A stretch of 64,000 bases of DNA. Origin: Perna viridis. Its lineage: Eukaryota. Shown here one piece after another: positions 25,656 through 39,100 of the stretch (its first letter is position 1; each line of letters starts with the position of its first letter). The DNA is taken from the NCBI GenBank assembly GCA_037379345.1, contig CM074516.1, positions 20,770,001 to 20,834,000 of the forward strand. Direction: 5' to 3'. The notes under the pieces were generated by a model. It worked only from the letters and a program-made list of their open reading frames with translations, was not told where the DNA came from and made no database searches. The position numbers were made by a program, and so were the translations under genes.

Positions 25656-25915
25656 ATAGTTCACTTGGTCTTCATTTGATTAAATGACCTTTGCCCGATA
25701 GACTGTTTTAAGCAGTTAACTGTTTATTGTGAACAGAGCAAGTTAAGGATCATAAACACAATTTCGTTCTTTTTTTTTTTCGATAATTTCAGCAAAACTC
25801 AACTTGTAAAAATAAATCAAATATAGAAAATGTGATGGAATGATTATCTCTCAATTGTCCAGTCACTCTGTCTGCTTAACAATAAAATAAGATAATCCCT
25901 AAAACCTTGATTGTA

Positions 25916-26319
25916 TTGAGTAGCTGTCTTTGTAAGAATTATGCAAAATCTGAAAAATGTGATACACCCCAAAAAAGGCTACATATTTTTATTTTTGTAA
26001 TTAAGTTGTTTTATGGGTCTATATTATGAAATGTGTAATTATTCATTCAAATCTGCCTGCTTGTAGGAGATAATCAACATTGAAAATCCAATAGATTCTA
26101 TTGTATTTGAGTGTCATTTACAGAGTTATTTCCCTTACTTTCGAATTCTACAGTGCATTCTAAACAATTTTTATCTCCTAAGAGCATGGGTTATATGAAA
26201 AACTACATGTTAATTTCTGTTTACTATGACATTTCAAACAAAATATCAAAAAAAAAAATATGTACGCTTTTTACCCATGTATCACATTTTGCATGATTCT
26301 TAACTGGAGTGCTACTTAA
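25916..26319 (+). mobile_element. MITE family A2
   Basis: gtagctgtctttgtaagaattatgcaaaat ... ttttgcatgattcttaactggagtgctac|ttaa. Collinear with 39101-39480. Confidence 0.85.
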
Positions 26320-26394
26320 TGGGTATTTGGTGTAATGTTTGCCTTGTTTAAGATTATTGTCCTTTTATTTTCATCACATTCCTTGTTTTCTCTT

Positions 26395-26799
26395 TAAGAG
26401 GCTGTCCATTTAAAGATCAGGCAGATTCTATGATATGAGTGGCACATGGTAAATTTTATCCAACTGAATCTTTTGTTCTAATTTAATGTATATACCATAT
26501 GTATATCAAAAAGTATCAAGTTTGTTTTGAATTGACAATGGATAGCTCAGTAAATGATTTTTAAAGGTTTCTAAAAAAGCAACAAGATTTTGCTCAATTT
26601 AAAATAGTTATCTCCCTTTTTTCAATGAATTTAAATGCCTGCTACATAATTTATTTCTCTTCAATCATTGCAGTTTATCAAAAACCAACATTCAACTTTG
26701 GAAAAGGGTGCATATGTATTATGAAGTAGGTGAAAATGTCTTGAAAACAAAATTTGTCATGTGCCACCCACTGCCTGTTTTTTTGTTTGGACACTCTTT
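26395..26799 (+). mobile_element. MITE (agaggctgtcca...tggacactct), family C
   Basis: Collinear second copy at 53719-54172. Confidence 0.75.
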
Positions 26800-27864
26800 C
26801 AAACACTGAAAAAATGAGTGTATCATATCCTTTTTGCACTGCCTTAAAATGTTCATAAGTCTTGTAATGTGAAAATTAACTGTCACAAATTTTGTCTGCA
26901 AAAAAATATTTTAGTAGATTTTTATGAATATTGTTAATTAATAACTACATAAAATAGGTTGATTGTAAAAACTGAACACACAAGGTAGCACATTCCTGGT
27001 TTCAGTTTTTTCAATCCCAAGAACCATTATTTCTAGAAACAAATAAACAAGACCTTCTTGCAAGGCTACTGTGATGGAAAATTGATATACTCCTGCATTA
27101 TTTTGATACTAGCCGGAGGAAAGATCTTAATGAAATTATTACCAATAGTCACCTCTCAGACTACAATTAAGGATACGTCAAGGTGACATAATTTAGTAAG
27201 AAAGGGAACTTGGTTAATATGTTTATTGAAACAGTCGTTGTTGCTTAAAGAAACATACTTCTGTGCTGCTTCACAAAAAAATAATTTCCTTCAAATTGAT
27301 AATGAGTTACTGGTTTTTTAGGAATTCAATATTTCCTGATTGATAATGCATTTTTTTGTGCTTGCTTAAGGGAAATCTTTTAATGAAATTATCACTGACA
27401 TTCTCTGACTGACTTTGCCTATGATAAAGAACTTGACCGAAATAAATTTTATAAGACCATACTAAAAAAATTCCTAGATTTTTTACCACCGACATTCTTT
27501 AGCTGACTTTGTCTAGGATGCAGAATTTGACTGAAATGAATTCTGTAAGGCCATACTAAAAAGATTCATAAGTTTACTGATTTTATATATCAAACATTTA
27601 AATGGTCGGGACAAAGTTCTTTTTTTTTTTTAAATAGCCAGCCTAGTCGAGTTATTTCTAACTATAGATCACTTAATTACTGAAGTGGCTGTGTAGGAAT
27701 ACTAGTGTTCTTGGGGGATTATTTTAGGGTTAAATAAGTACATATATATTTATTCATTTTGATGAGTAAATTTTTGCAGATTAAATAGCTACGATATTGG
27801 AATGATATAAAATTTATAGTATAACTGAATTTGTATCAAGTGCTTTATTCTCACCAATGTTATT

Positions 27865-28112
27865 CATACCTATTAACACCGTTACATTAGGGGAGAGACT
27901 CCGGAAAAAATCAACGAGAAGTACAGATTCTCCCACATAAACAAGTAAGATTTGTGGGAGATTTTAGGTAAAATTACTGTATTTCTGTGAAAAATACTAA
28001 ACAATTGTATTTTTACATAAAAAAAATTGCTTGTACATAAAAATCTCCTACATGAGATCGTGCCAATGGGGAAGAATCTCCCACATGAAAAGTTCAAAGG
28101 TCAACAAGTATG
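27865..28112 (+). mobile_element. MITE with CATAC(C/T)T(A/G)TT-type TIRs, possible 5-bp TSD ttatt
   Basis: catacctattaac ... gtcaacaagtatg. Inverted copy at 39948-40177. Confidence 0.75.
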
Positions 28113-28538
28113 TTATTTATTATTTTCAAAAACATTTTCACCACAAATCAACACAGTTTGCTTTTTCTAGTGTCTAGAGAAAATCTTTAAGTTGGCAGGC
28201 ATATGACACCTTCCATTTTTTTCATATTTCAAAACCACCCATGGGATAACTGTAGACTTTTGATTAAACTGTCTCCTGATTTGTTTCCTATTAAATGCAT
28301 ATTTTAGTGGTATCATTTATCAGAATAGTTAATGGCTTGACAAGAAATCTTGGTTGTATTGAAATATGTCTGAATCAATGAAGATTAAGACCTTTCTTTA
28401 TTTTCATTTTTTTGTGGGGGGGGGGATATTGTTTTTGCTTTTGTTTATTTGTTTATTTTTTTCATCGCTTTTTAAAATTTTTTTCTGTCTTTTTTAAAAG
28501 AAATTTCAATTTTACCATTTCTTTCAATGTATTGTCTA

Positions 28539-28682
28539 CATTTACTTTTGTTACTTTGTATGTATTATTTTAGTTACTTTATGTTCTTTGTTGTGTTTGT
28601 CTGTTTTTCATGTCTGGTCTTTGTCCATGAATTACATTCTTTTGATTTCTGCTAGAATCTTGCTTCCTTTGATTACTCTTTT
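28539..28682 (+). mobile_element. Penelope-like element, 3' end fragment
   Basis: catttacttttgttactttgta...gattactctttt matches 15941-16070. Confidence 0.88.
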
Positions 28683-28964
28683 AAATGCTGAATAGTTGTA
28701 GACTTTGGTTATTAAGTTGACATGATGAAGATCATAAAAATAAAGATTTCACAGTTTCCTTTAATTAATTTTTTTTGTATCTAGAGGCAAAGTTTTCTAT
28801 TACATAACTTTATATTTGCCATATCCAGCAATGAATCTGTTATGATAGATACAAAATAATGGCAGTTTTTAAAGTCCAGACAGAAAAGTATTCCAGTGAG
28901 CCTGATAGGGCAAGAAATACAAAAATACCAATCTTACGCTAGAAGTGATGTTCTGGCAAGACAT

Positions 28965-29186
28965 TTAAGGAGGTAGACCTAGGGTAAGGGACATATAACT
29001 CTTACAAATCAACAAAACGATTGTGTAATGTAGTTTACATCAATGTCATCTAAGCATCAAAAGAACATGGATTGATTTCATTCTATTTCAAATGAAAGCT
29101 TGATAGGATTGGGTGAAATTGAATATGATGCAAACATATCACTGATTTCAAGAATTATGTTCCTTACCCCAGGTCTACCTCCTTGA
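28965..29186 (-). mobile_element. MITE family B
   Basis: ttaa|ggaggtagacctagggtaaggg ... ccttaccccaggtctacctcc|ttga. Confidence 0.9.
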
Positions 29187-30126
29187 ATGTGGTGTTATTG
29201 TGTTTATTATTGCCATCACTGTTTTTATCTTGACTTAACATTATCATTGGACTTTGGTGATACTATAGTATTATTGTGTAAGGTTTTCCATATTGGTCCG
29301 AGGCTACCGATAATGGTACGCCTAAGTCCAATATCTGAAGAGGGCATTGTCGTGTAGTAATGCGCTCCTGACATTATGAACTACACAAATCAAATACCAC
29401 GTGACCATGTAAAAGCCAAAATAATAGCTTATTTTTCTTTGATATCAAATAATACAAATTACAATGATAAAAGACACTTCAAAGTATTAAAAATCAATAA
29501 TGATTTCATATGATTTTTTTTTTCTTTAAATAAACACCATTATGTATGTGGTATATAGGAAATATAGCGAGAACAGGTTGGCTCAGAGTCAATTTAATAT
29601 GGCTGAGTTACTAGAAGGGGTCATGTGCAATATAATTGTCCATTTGCTACCTTCGTTAAGAAATAAAAAATATGTGACCTTCATTTGAATAAATCATTTT
29701 ACTCTAATTTTGCACAATTATTAAGTGGGCTGCTTCTTTGAAAAAAAAAAATTACAGTAATTTCCTATTTTCAGTTTCTGGTCTTCTTCAGTGTTGAAAT
29801 ACATGCCATGGAAACCTATCTTACTGGAAAAACCACTTTATAGAGATGTGAGTGTATGATTGTCATTCATAATGTGAACTTTTCTCCTCAAGACCAATTT
29901 ATCATGGTGTGTAGGGTAATTTGTTCTGTTGGATAAAAAATGAGAAAACAGTTTGATTATTTCTGTAACATTCTAAATGTTTGGTCAGGAAGATTATACA
30001 TACACTAACTTGACAGAAACCTAATAGAATCAACAGTGTTATGTGTTGAAAATATAGATATTTTTATTGGGTGTTATAGCACATACAATGATGATATTCG
30101 TGTGATAGAGTTGATCTACCTTTTAC

Positions 30127-32217
30127 GGTTTAATCCTGGTTTGCCCACATTTAATTATACTAATTAGTTAAATAAACAAAACAGACAAAGGGTTTACTCA
30201 CCATAAAATTTTATAGTCTGTTCTAAATAGAAAGGTGTTGTATATGTATGTTTCTTTGTACATGTATATTGAGGATTTCTTGTTTAACTGTATAGTTTAT
30301 TTTTAATGTATAAATATCAAAAAAAAGATGAATAACATATCTTTATATACTTTAATATTTAATTCATTTGAAGTCAATTACAATTAATTTTAACGATTGA
30401 TTTTGACTGCAACAACATTGAAAGTAATCTTTACTAGTATATTGCATATCAGACATATAATAGCACATATAATGCATATTTATATTATGGAAACAAAATT
30501 AAAGATACATATGTTAAAAACAAAATATATGAAGCACTACAATATGTATAGATCATAATAAAACAAGAATTTACAAACTATGCACATTATGTTTCAGAAT
30601 ATATTAAAAGCACTGTTAATATATACAAGTTACAAGACACACAATATTTACAATGTCAATTATAAATCACAGTCTTTTAATCCAAGTGGAGGAGATGGGA
30701 TGCTGCGTCGGCGTAGTCTACCACGTTGATGAGTCCTTGTTGGTACCTCGCTTTGAGTTGCTGAAGTCTGGTGTCGATGACTCTGTATCTGCGTCTCTTT
30801 GGTGGACGAACTCCTCCTGCTGCATACTGGATGATGGTACATTCTGTTACTGCCTCTGTCTTCTGTAGTAACTCTATGATCTGGTAGATATTTGGGTGGG
30901 CATGCTGGACTTTCTTCTTGATCTTGTTGTGCCATCCTTCAAGGTGGTTGGTGGTACGGGGTCCTTCGGTCTGGTAGTGGTTCCATAGGAAGCGTTGTCC
31001 TACAACTGAAAACTCAGTCACATAGTCGGTGAATGATGTTGTGTCGGGTACGTTGTAAGCTTCTCCAATGTCTTCGAGTGCGTTGAGCCATACATCTTCA
31101 ACTAGGTGCTGTGGAACCAGTGGTAGAACTGCTGCAGCTGTAGCTGGTGTTGTTGAGCAATGTGTCGGATCTGGCTGAAGAAGCGTGTGTAGATGACATC
31201 ATCTTTTCCTGGAAGTAAGGCGAATACAAGTGGGAACATTGTATGCATTACTTTCATCACCTCGATCTTAGGTTGGTTGGCTGGGTGGTTGTGTGATGGA
31301 CCAAATTTGACCGGTTACCCTTGTGTGTGTTGACTGTTGCTGGACAGACTGGAATAGTACATCTCCAGTAAACTCTGTGCGTCTATTCTTCACTCTGAAA
31401 CGGTGACGTCATAAGACCAAACTATCTCTGCCAAACTTGTTCTGGACGTACTGAAGTGGTTGAAGTTGCGCGTTTGTCATACTTGCTTTGAATGATGCAA
31501 AACTAAAATTACTTCCTATTTATAATGCTGATAATTTGTAAGAAGAGTTCAAATTAAATACAGTTAACAGCTTGGATAAGTTGACAAGGCCTGCTTCAAA
31601 AGCATAGCTTTGGTGGTTCAGACATGAAACTCCTAGCTTGGATTCAGAATAGTATTCACATTATGTCAACTATTAAGCTTGGATACTGAACAGTTTCAAT
31701 TTTCAAATTGATTAATAAATTGAATTTATTATATTATTTTATTTTAAAATGAAATGAAATAATATAATTACACAGTTAAACAATAAAGAAAGTGCAAAAT
31801 ATTAAAATAATTTCTAAATTGTATCATTAATTTTATTTTTTTTAACAAGTATCATGCATTTAACTGTATTATTTGTCATAATCAATTTTAAAAATGCATA
31901 TTTTGTTGAACATATTCAAAAATATTTCATCAAAATCATACTTACTTTAGGATTTTTAAGGTATTTCATCAAATTTGTATAAAGTTTACAAATTAAAATT
32001 GAGCATATTTCTAAAGAGTCTGCAAAAGATTTATTATTAAAATGTTTATATTTCACTTCATTCAATAGTAAATTATAGGATTTTTTACAAGATTTTACAG
32101 GAAAAATGCAGGTAAATATATACTACAATTCAGAAACAGACTTTAATTGTTAAAACAACATAACCCCTTATGTTTATTTATCCAAGTAATTAAAAGTGGG
32201 CAAACCAGGATGACATC
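30127..32217 (-). mobile_element. Mutator-like (MULE) DNA transposon, internally deleted
   Basis: Perfect 9-bp TSD accttttac (30118-30126 and 32218-32226). TIRs ..atcctggtttgcccac.tttaatta. Transposase remnant inside. Confidence 0.92.
30677..31480 (-). pseudogene. FLYWCH-MULE transposase pseudogene
   Basis: ATG at 31480. Segments read ..RVYWRCTIPVCPA...HNHP (FLYWCH), then MFPLVFALLPGKDDVIYTRFF, then LPLVP..FTDYV..WNHY..GPRTTNHLEGWHNKIKKKVQHAHPNIY. Stops, frameshifts and deletions are present. Confidence 0.88.
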
Positions 32218-34230
32218 ACCTTTTACTAAATGATGCTCACCTAATGAACTGCCTTAGGTAGCTTTTTCTATCAGACTCAGATTATAATAGAAAGTATAAA
32301 TTTTCTTTTCAATTGTCCAGTTAACTACCTGAAGAAGTTCATCAAGTGATTGTTAGTTAATCAATGGAAGACCAACTCTATCACGTGGACATCATTATTT
32401 AATGTGCTGTAATTGTCATGTTTTTGTTGAGTATTGAATGTAGTGATGTAATTCATTGTTGAGTTGAAAAGTCTGCTGTTGATATAACATTTAAGTTGAA
32501 TACTGTAAACTCAAAAACCATTGCATACAAATGTTTATTGCAATTTTGAAATTTTTGACATGAATGCAACTAAATTTTTTGCGATATCAAGAAAAAATAT
32601 CAGCACTAATAGTTTTAATTATTACAAGTCGACAAGTTTGTACCTCTATTTATGAGTCTTATGTTAAAAAAAAATGATGAAATTTTTTTTGAACCAGAGG
32701 AAAAACACAGGATAGGAGCATTCGTTTAAATGCATGATAGAAGCTTTTGTTTATCGTGTGTTTGGGTATCGTGCATGCGGGAAACCTTAACATCTCAAGG
32801 AGTGTAACCCCATACAGGCTGTTTACAGAAGTTTGTAGTGCTTATAAAAAAAAAGATGCAAGTCTTCTAATGACAATAAATGGTCTATGTTATAGCAATA
32901 TTTTATCCATGTGTCCCTTACAAATTCCCTGTAGTGTATTGTATGGCATTAAAAAGGGTACTGCAAGAACTTATTTAACAAAACATGATCTGCAAAAGGC
33001 TTGGCACTCAGAGATATGGGTAATTTTTTTTCTACAGTAATGGTTAGAAAAACATGTAAATGTCAACACTTTACAATTTTCATAGGGAGTACATCCTAGA
33101 CCTTCTGAGTCCCATTTGTTTTATCCTACCAAGTGAAAGGAAATGAAGGAGAACTAGTCCAAGCAATTAAAAAAAACAATTTGTTCTTTAAACAACTGTA
33201 TATCACATCAATTATAACATGGGCTTAATTTTGGTAATTGCAACAAATCTTGATTCGCCTATGCAACAATATAAAAAAACTGATATCAACTTGCATAATG
33301 AAAATTATCATATTGAAATTTAATAAAAATAAAATTTCATTTTGAATTATAACATCGGCATTGATATGGAGTATGAATTGATGGGAGAAAGTTGGTTAAT
33401 TATTGCAAGTTAACATCAATCAGTATCAACAGTAATATGTTCTGGAATTCTCATAAAATCATTATTGCACACCATCTAATTTAAAAGTTGGAAGGTCAAA
33501 CTTCTACAATTACTATCATGAAAGTAAAAATTAATTCTATTTGCCTATATCGTAATTAAAACAATCTGGCGAGTCCTTTAGTAATATTATGTGTTCTATT
33601 TACATGAGGGGCAAGACTTTCAGTCTGATAGGTCTGTTTATTCATTCAGTACAGCAAGGACAGTGGTTTTCACAGTAAAAACATATCTTTTGTAATTTAA
33701 GTGGCAATTTCATGGTTTTTGCTGATTTTCTTTTTGTGTTAAACAAATTACCTCCTTTTATCCCATCTTAAGCTCTCATTTGATATGAAACCAGCTGACT
33801 TTGTTAATGGAATAGTATCGAGAATAGTATCGAGATTCATCAAATTGAGTTTTTTGGCTCTTTCAAGCAATTTATCTGAAGAATTTGATCGTTTTGGATA
33901 AATGTGTGCGATTGGAAAATTGTGTTACTAATCAAACCATTTGAATTTTGACGTGGAAAGTGTGTGTGTTTTTCCTTGGTGTTTAATTTATGTCATTTGG
34001 ATAATTTCTAGTGACAAGATAAACTAGCTGTTTAGAAGTAAGGCTCTTTCTGTTTTCTAGGCAATGTATTATCAAATTAGAGAAGTCACTGAGGAAAATG
34101 ATAGTTGAAGCAGTTGGATTGAGGCTTTAGGTAACTACAGTTATTAGTAATTGATTTTAATTTGATGAATTTAATTTACATTAGAAGGAATATTTTTAGC
34201 GTATCTCTCTGAAGAGTTTGTCTTCTGGAT

Positions 34231-34619
34231 TTAAGTACTTCTTTGTCTAAGAATTAGGCAAAATGTATATTAAGTGTGGCACATTAAGAAAAAAATGAGA
34301 GAGAGATTTTATTGCATTAACCAATTAATTATACTTGATAACCACCAGAAATAACCATCAAAGCATTTGCAAAATTTGCTTTTTTAAGATATTGAATGAA
34401 ATGCACTATGGTAAAATGGCTGGAAAATTTTCTCGCACTTTTTCCTTATACATGTATAATCAGTCAAAAAAATATCTACGTCACATATGCTTCAGGATAA
34501 ACTTTAAGAGAATTTTGGTTGTTTTCTAGATGTATTGAATGTATTTTAAGCAAAAATGACTACATTGGGAAAAATGACTTGCCACCCATTGCCTGATTCT
34601 TACACAGGATGGTACTTAA
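34231..34619 (-). mobile_element. MITE family A1
   Basis: ttaa|gtacttctttgtctaagaattaggcaaaa ... ttgcctgattcttacacaggatggtac|ttaa. Confidence 0.85.
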
Positions 34620-34635
34620 AAATTTAGAAATGCTA

Positions 34636-34845
34636 TACTCTGAAAGTACTTTAACTGGTGGATACCAGTTTTTGTGGATTAGGGAAGAAACACAAGTTTG
34701 TGGATTCTTGAATTTGGGGTTTTGATGTTTTCAGTATACACATCAAAGGAATTCTCCTTTATGTTGGGAACAAAATTTTATGGTTTGGCCTTCCAACTAA
34801 AACCATGAAAATTGGTACCCCACGAACAATAGTACTATCACAGTA
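34636..34845 (+). mobile_element. TA-flanked MITE (tactgtgaaa-type, Tc1/mariner-like)
   Basis: tactctgaaagtact ... agtactatcacagta. Inverted copy at 34982-35173. Confidence 0.75.
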
Positions 34846-34886
34846 AATCACAAAGGCAAGAATAGCATGTTTATACTGCCTGTTAT

Positions 34887-35250
34887 TACAGTAAAATCTG
34901 TGTAAACTGAACCTAATTGAAATTATTATAATTGTTTGATTTAGACAGGTGTTCAGTTTATACAGGTTCAAAATTGATTGATAATGTGAAAGTAATATTG
35001 TTCATGGGGGTACCAAAATTTTCATGGTTTCCATGGGTAGACCTAACCATTAAATTTGGTTCCAACAAATAAAAGATTCCTTTTGATGTGTATACTGAAA
35101 ACATTAAAACCACAAATTCAAGAATCCATGAACTTTTGTTACTTCCCTGATCCACGAAAGTAATTTCACAGTAATCATTTATAGGAGTTTCTGATGTCTG
35201 GTTTAGTGTTTGGTTAATTTAGAGTTTGGTTTGAGCAGATTTCATTGTAT
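34887..35250. mobile_element. TA-flanked MITE (tacagtaaaa…tttcattgta) carrying a nested MITE
   Basis: Internal tttagacagg motifs as in 46532-46712; interrupted by 34982-35173. Confidence 0.6.
34982..35173 (-). mobile_element. TA-flanked MITE, inverted copy of 34636-34845
   Basis: Extended reverse-complement match (e.g. tcagtatacacatcaaa / tttgatgtgtatactga). Confidence 0.8.
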
Positions 35251-35299
35251 ATATATATTTGTTAGCAAATTAGTAAATATTGTTTCCCATGTTGACAAA

Positions 35300-35880
35300 T
35301 GATTAAAAGGGGGAGGGTTGTGATCATGCAAAAGTTTTGGGCATCTTGTCAAATGATTTAAAAGAGGGAGAGTTGTAATCATTCCTAAGTATGTCTATTG
35401 TAAAGGAAAATTATCCACCAAACTATAGGACAAACGCAATGACTTTTCATTCTGTATTGTCAACTTTCCTTGCATCTGTGGCAACATCCCTTTAGCACCT
35501 TTTATGGAGTTTTCATATCACAACTCATACGTTATGCCAGAGCTTGCTGTAACTACGCAGACTTTTTGTACCGCTCTAGACTTCTAACAATTAGACTTCT
35601 GGAACAGGGTTATGTTGCTGCCGCATTTTTTGCATTGTCCCAAGTCAGGAATTTCTGGCCTTTGTATGTATTGATTCATTTTCATTTTCAATTTGCTTTT
35701 AAGTTGCTGGAGTATACTTGGCCATCTATTTCACTGTACCTTTGAATGTTGTTTTTGGGACCACCTGCAGTCTGTCCTGTGGTATGAGGGTTTCCTCATC
35801 TTTTATTAAATACTCATGGGTGGCTTTGAGCTGAAATTTTTCATCCCAGTAGTATCTCATCAATGGACATTCCTGCTAAC
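35300..35880 (+). mobile_element. SINE-like repeat (gtcccaagtcagg core) interrupted by an RT fragment
   Basis: Matches 8785-9145 in the opposite orientation. Confidence 0.55.
35402..35619 (+). pseudogene. Penelope-like RT internal fragment
   Basis: Matches 15475-15690: ...YGVFISQLIRYARACCNYADFLYRSRLLTIRLLEQGYVA. Stop and frameshift upstream. Confidence 0.88.
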
Positions 35881-36659
35881 TCTAACATTTTAAGATATTT
35901 TTTTTTCTTTATAATGAGGTTATGCTTGGTTTCGTATTAATATCATTTTATAGCAATATAAATATGAAAAACAACTTTGTTTTAGCATCCAAAATAACTT
36001 TTTCTTTAATATTTAACTTCATGGGATATTTTTTTTCATGCAAAAGATCTTATATTTATCTCCAAGCAATATTGTCTTTACTTTACTGTCTTTATAATAC
36101 AGCTTGATAACTACAAAATCTTTACAATTCACAATTATTAGCCTACAATATATGCAGCAATTTTGGTTCATTAATTAGTATTCATTTGTCTTCATGTTAG
36201 CAACTAGATTTCTTTGTAACCCAGTAGGTATAAACCACATTAAAAACACATTATAGAATTTCTGGTATCTCATTTCCAAGTGCTGTAAGAATCTTCAGAG
36301 TGAAATCGGTAGGATTCAGCAAGGTTTTGCACTGGTTTTCATAGGAGCATTTATCAACATGGTGTTTAAAGGGATATATAACAAGTATTACTATTTCTGA
36401 TGTAAATATTTTATCAATTCATGCAATCTTTCTCATTAGTCGATTATTAATTTACATTCTTAAAACAGCTGGTAAAAAGTAACTGGTTAGGCCAAGCAAA
36501 GTATATATTGATGAAGCTGTTTAGGCCAAGCTAACTATATATTTGTGTAATGTTTAATTAGTTTATTTACTCTTTTATGTGGAATAAAAACAATGTAAAT
36601 AAGTAAATGTAGTCCTGTACAAATAGAAAAACAACAAATTTAAGTATCAGATTAATATT

Positions 36660-37030
36660 GGACCATATGCTCCAAACATTAGAGTTGGAGCTATATTGCA
36701 ATTACCTTGTATGTCCATCCGTCTGTTCGTTACCCTGTTCTGAAACAAATTTCTCAGCTTCTATTAAAGAGAATGCTTAAATATTAGATTTATAACTTTA
36801 ATGACTTGTACTGTGTCTCCCTTTTCCTTGTTACTCACTTTTCTACTTCCTGTTTACCATACAACTTATTAAAATATAAATCTGTGATTTCATAACAGAT
36901 TTGTCTGCTTCTTTTGGAGGGAATACTAATATATATAGTGTGTTGCTGTACCATGATGACTTGTCTCCCCTGCACAGCTTTGACAGAAATGGTTGAGTGG
37001 GGTTATTAATCATATGCTTTCAATTTTCTC
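36660..37030. mobile_element. Degenerate HINE-like element
   Basis: Hairpin gctcca..tggagc, then tatattg, then a (GTCC/GTCT)-type microsatellite. Confidence 0.4.
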
Positions 37031-38540
37031 ATTTAAAAATGCCAGTTTTCATCCTTAAACTTAAAGAAGGGACTGCTTTTGTAAAATGATTATCAAAACC
37101 ATTGTAATCAACTTTGAATATTTTTGAGAAACCAAAAAATCTAATATTCATGGCCTTTAAGGCGTGCTGAAAGATATAAAAAAATAGTACAAAAAAGTTC
37201 TCTTTCCATTGAAACAGAAGTTGTATATTTCTGCCTTCACTGGTAGATTTTGGCATGTTGATATATCTTGTAATCTTCTCATTGAAGCAGATAGCGGAAT
37301 ATCTCTTGTCTTAGATGCATATGAATTTTGACAGGTCGATTTTGATGTAATGCAAACATAATCATTTTCATGGAAGCAAACAAGTGAAATGTCCTCATTG
37401 TATTTGTAATACCTTGGAATTGTGATGATAATGTGCTGCTATCATTAATATTTTGTTTTTGTTCATATTTTTACACCCTCCATGATTTGACAGATAATTT
37501 GCAATTAGCACTGATCTACATATGTACACATATAAGAAACTGAATTGCTGAAGTACAAGAAAGAAATATGTGTATACATTTACACAAAACTCACATATAA
37601 AAAAGGTCTTCTACTGGTGGAATATAAATATAGATTCTCCTTAAGTAATGAATCAATTAAAATATTTCTACACTTAATATGCTAAATTTAGACTTTAATA
37701 TGCAATCTTTAGTGAGCATGTTAAAATCTAAATTTTACCATAGAGAGTGGAGAAATAATTTAAATCAAGAGTAAGCTGAAGGAAAATCTGTTTCTCCCTG
37801 AAGAAAACTTAGGATTGTAAATTTGAAAATTCATAGAAATTTTATTCAGTACCTTCCAAACTACTCATAAAAAAATATTTGGCTACAGGCCTGATTTACA
37901 AAAAGAGAAAGCCTTATCATAAGTATTAGCAATGGTTTGGCATTGAAATACAATCAGGTATAGATAGATGTTTACTGTGAAGAGATAAGACATTTCATTA
38001 ATTACACTAGTTACTTCTAATATGTTGTTAGTAATATATATATATTGATATATTTCATAATGAGTGATTTATGAATAGTTATTAATGATTTTATTCATCC
38101 ATGGAAGAGGTTATTGTCCTGAGTGTGAAGTTTGGAATAATGAAACATGCTTGAAATACCCCATAAGATAAGAAAGCTGGCTATATTTTGTGTATTTTTA
38201 CATCTTAAACTTTACTGTGTGTCTGCAGTTGGTTGTCATTACACAATCAGTATACTGATTGTATTCAAAAGTTTTCAATACATGGTCAAGTGCAGAAAGT
38301 TTTATTTTGGGCAAGAAGACTAGGACCTTCTTGTTTCAAACTAAACCCAACTACTTTATGTTCTCTAGTAATTGATAGAATGCACACGCGTCCAGCGCAC
38401 TCACATGTCCTTTGGCTGTTTGAATAAAAGTTTACAGGAGCCAAAATACTATGCACCATCCAAATTTATATTTCACTGATTTGTAGCATTTTGATTCCTC
38501 AACTTGAAAAAAGCTTCATCCTAGATAAAGCCGACTTTTC

Positions 38541-38772
38541 TTATAGCACATACAGTGACAATATTCAGGGGATAAGGTTGGTCTTTCCAAAATGACAACC
38601 ACCTGATGAACTTCTATTTTGTAGCTGTTATAACTGAAGATTTAGATTTGTTATCATATTTTATTTAAACCAATGTCTAATACAAAGTTTAAATCTCTTT
38701 CTCAGTGGTCCTTTCATTTAATCAAGGTAAGACCTCTTTTTCTCCTGCACATAATTTTTGTATCAGCTATAA
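38541..38772. mobile_element. MITE related to 30074-32412
   Basis: ttatagc ... gctataa termini and shared gataaggttggtcttt / cacctgatgaact. Confidence 0.6.
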
Positions 38773-39100
38773 AACATTTTTCCTATTTCAAATCAAAATA
38801 AAGACACAGAGTAATTTAAATTAAAACAGGATCAAAGATATGTAGATGCTGTATATTTTATTAATTAAAGACGTCTATATAGGTTATTCTAGATTTTTTA
38901 AATACAATAATAACTTGACTTACGGGATTTCTTTGTTTATTTCATAATTTACAGGACTTCTTTCAAAGACCTGAAGCAAATTTAAAAGTAATTTTGTTAT
39001 TTGTTTCAGTCTAGGTTTTTGATGTGAAATTTAATGATTTGTCCTTTATCTTGGTGTAATTATAAGGTTTTGTTATAACATTGTAAATTTTTAATAGGAA

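Larger units (their letters stand above)
30074..32412. mobile_element. Long-TIR MITE split by the MULE insertion
   Basis: ttatagcacatacaatgatgatattcgtgtgatagagttgatct versus agaccaactctatcacgtggacatcattattt..atgtgctgtaa. Uninterrupted relative at 38541-38772. Confidence 0.65.

Noticed and set aside
30653-30935. Overlapping 71-aa and 91-aa ORFs
   Set aside because: Shadow frames of the MULE transposase remnant.
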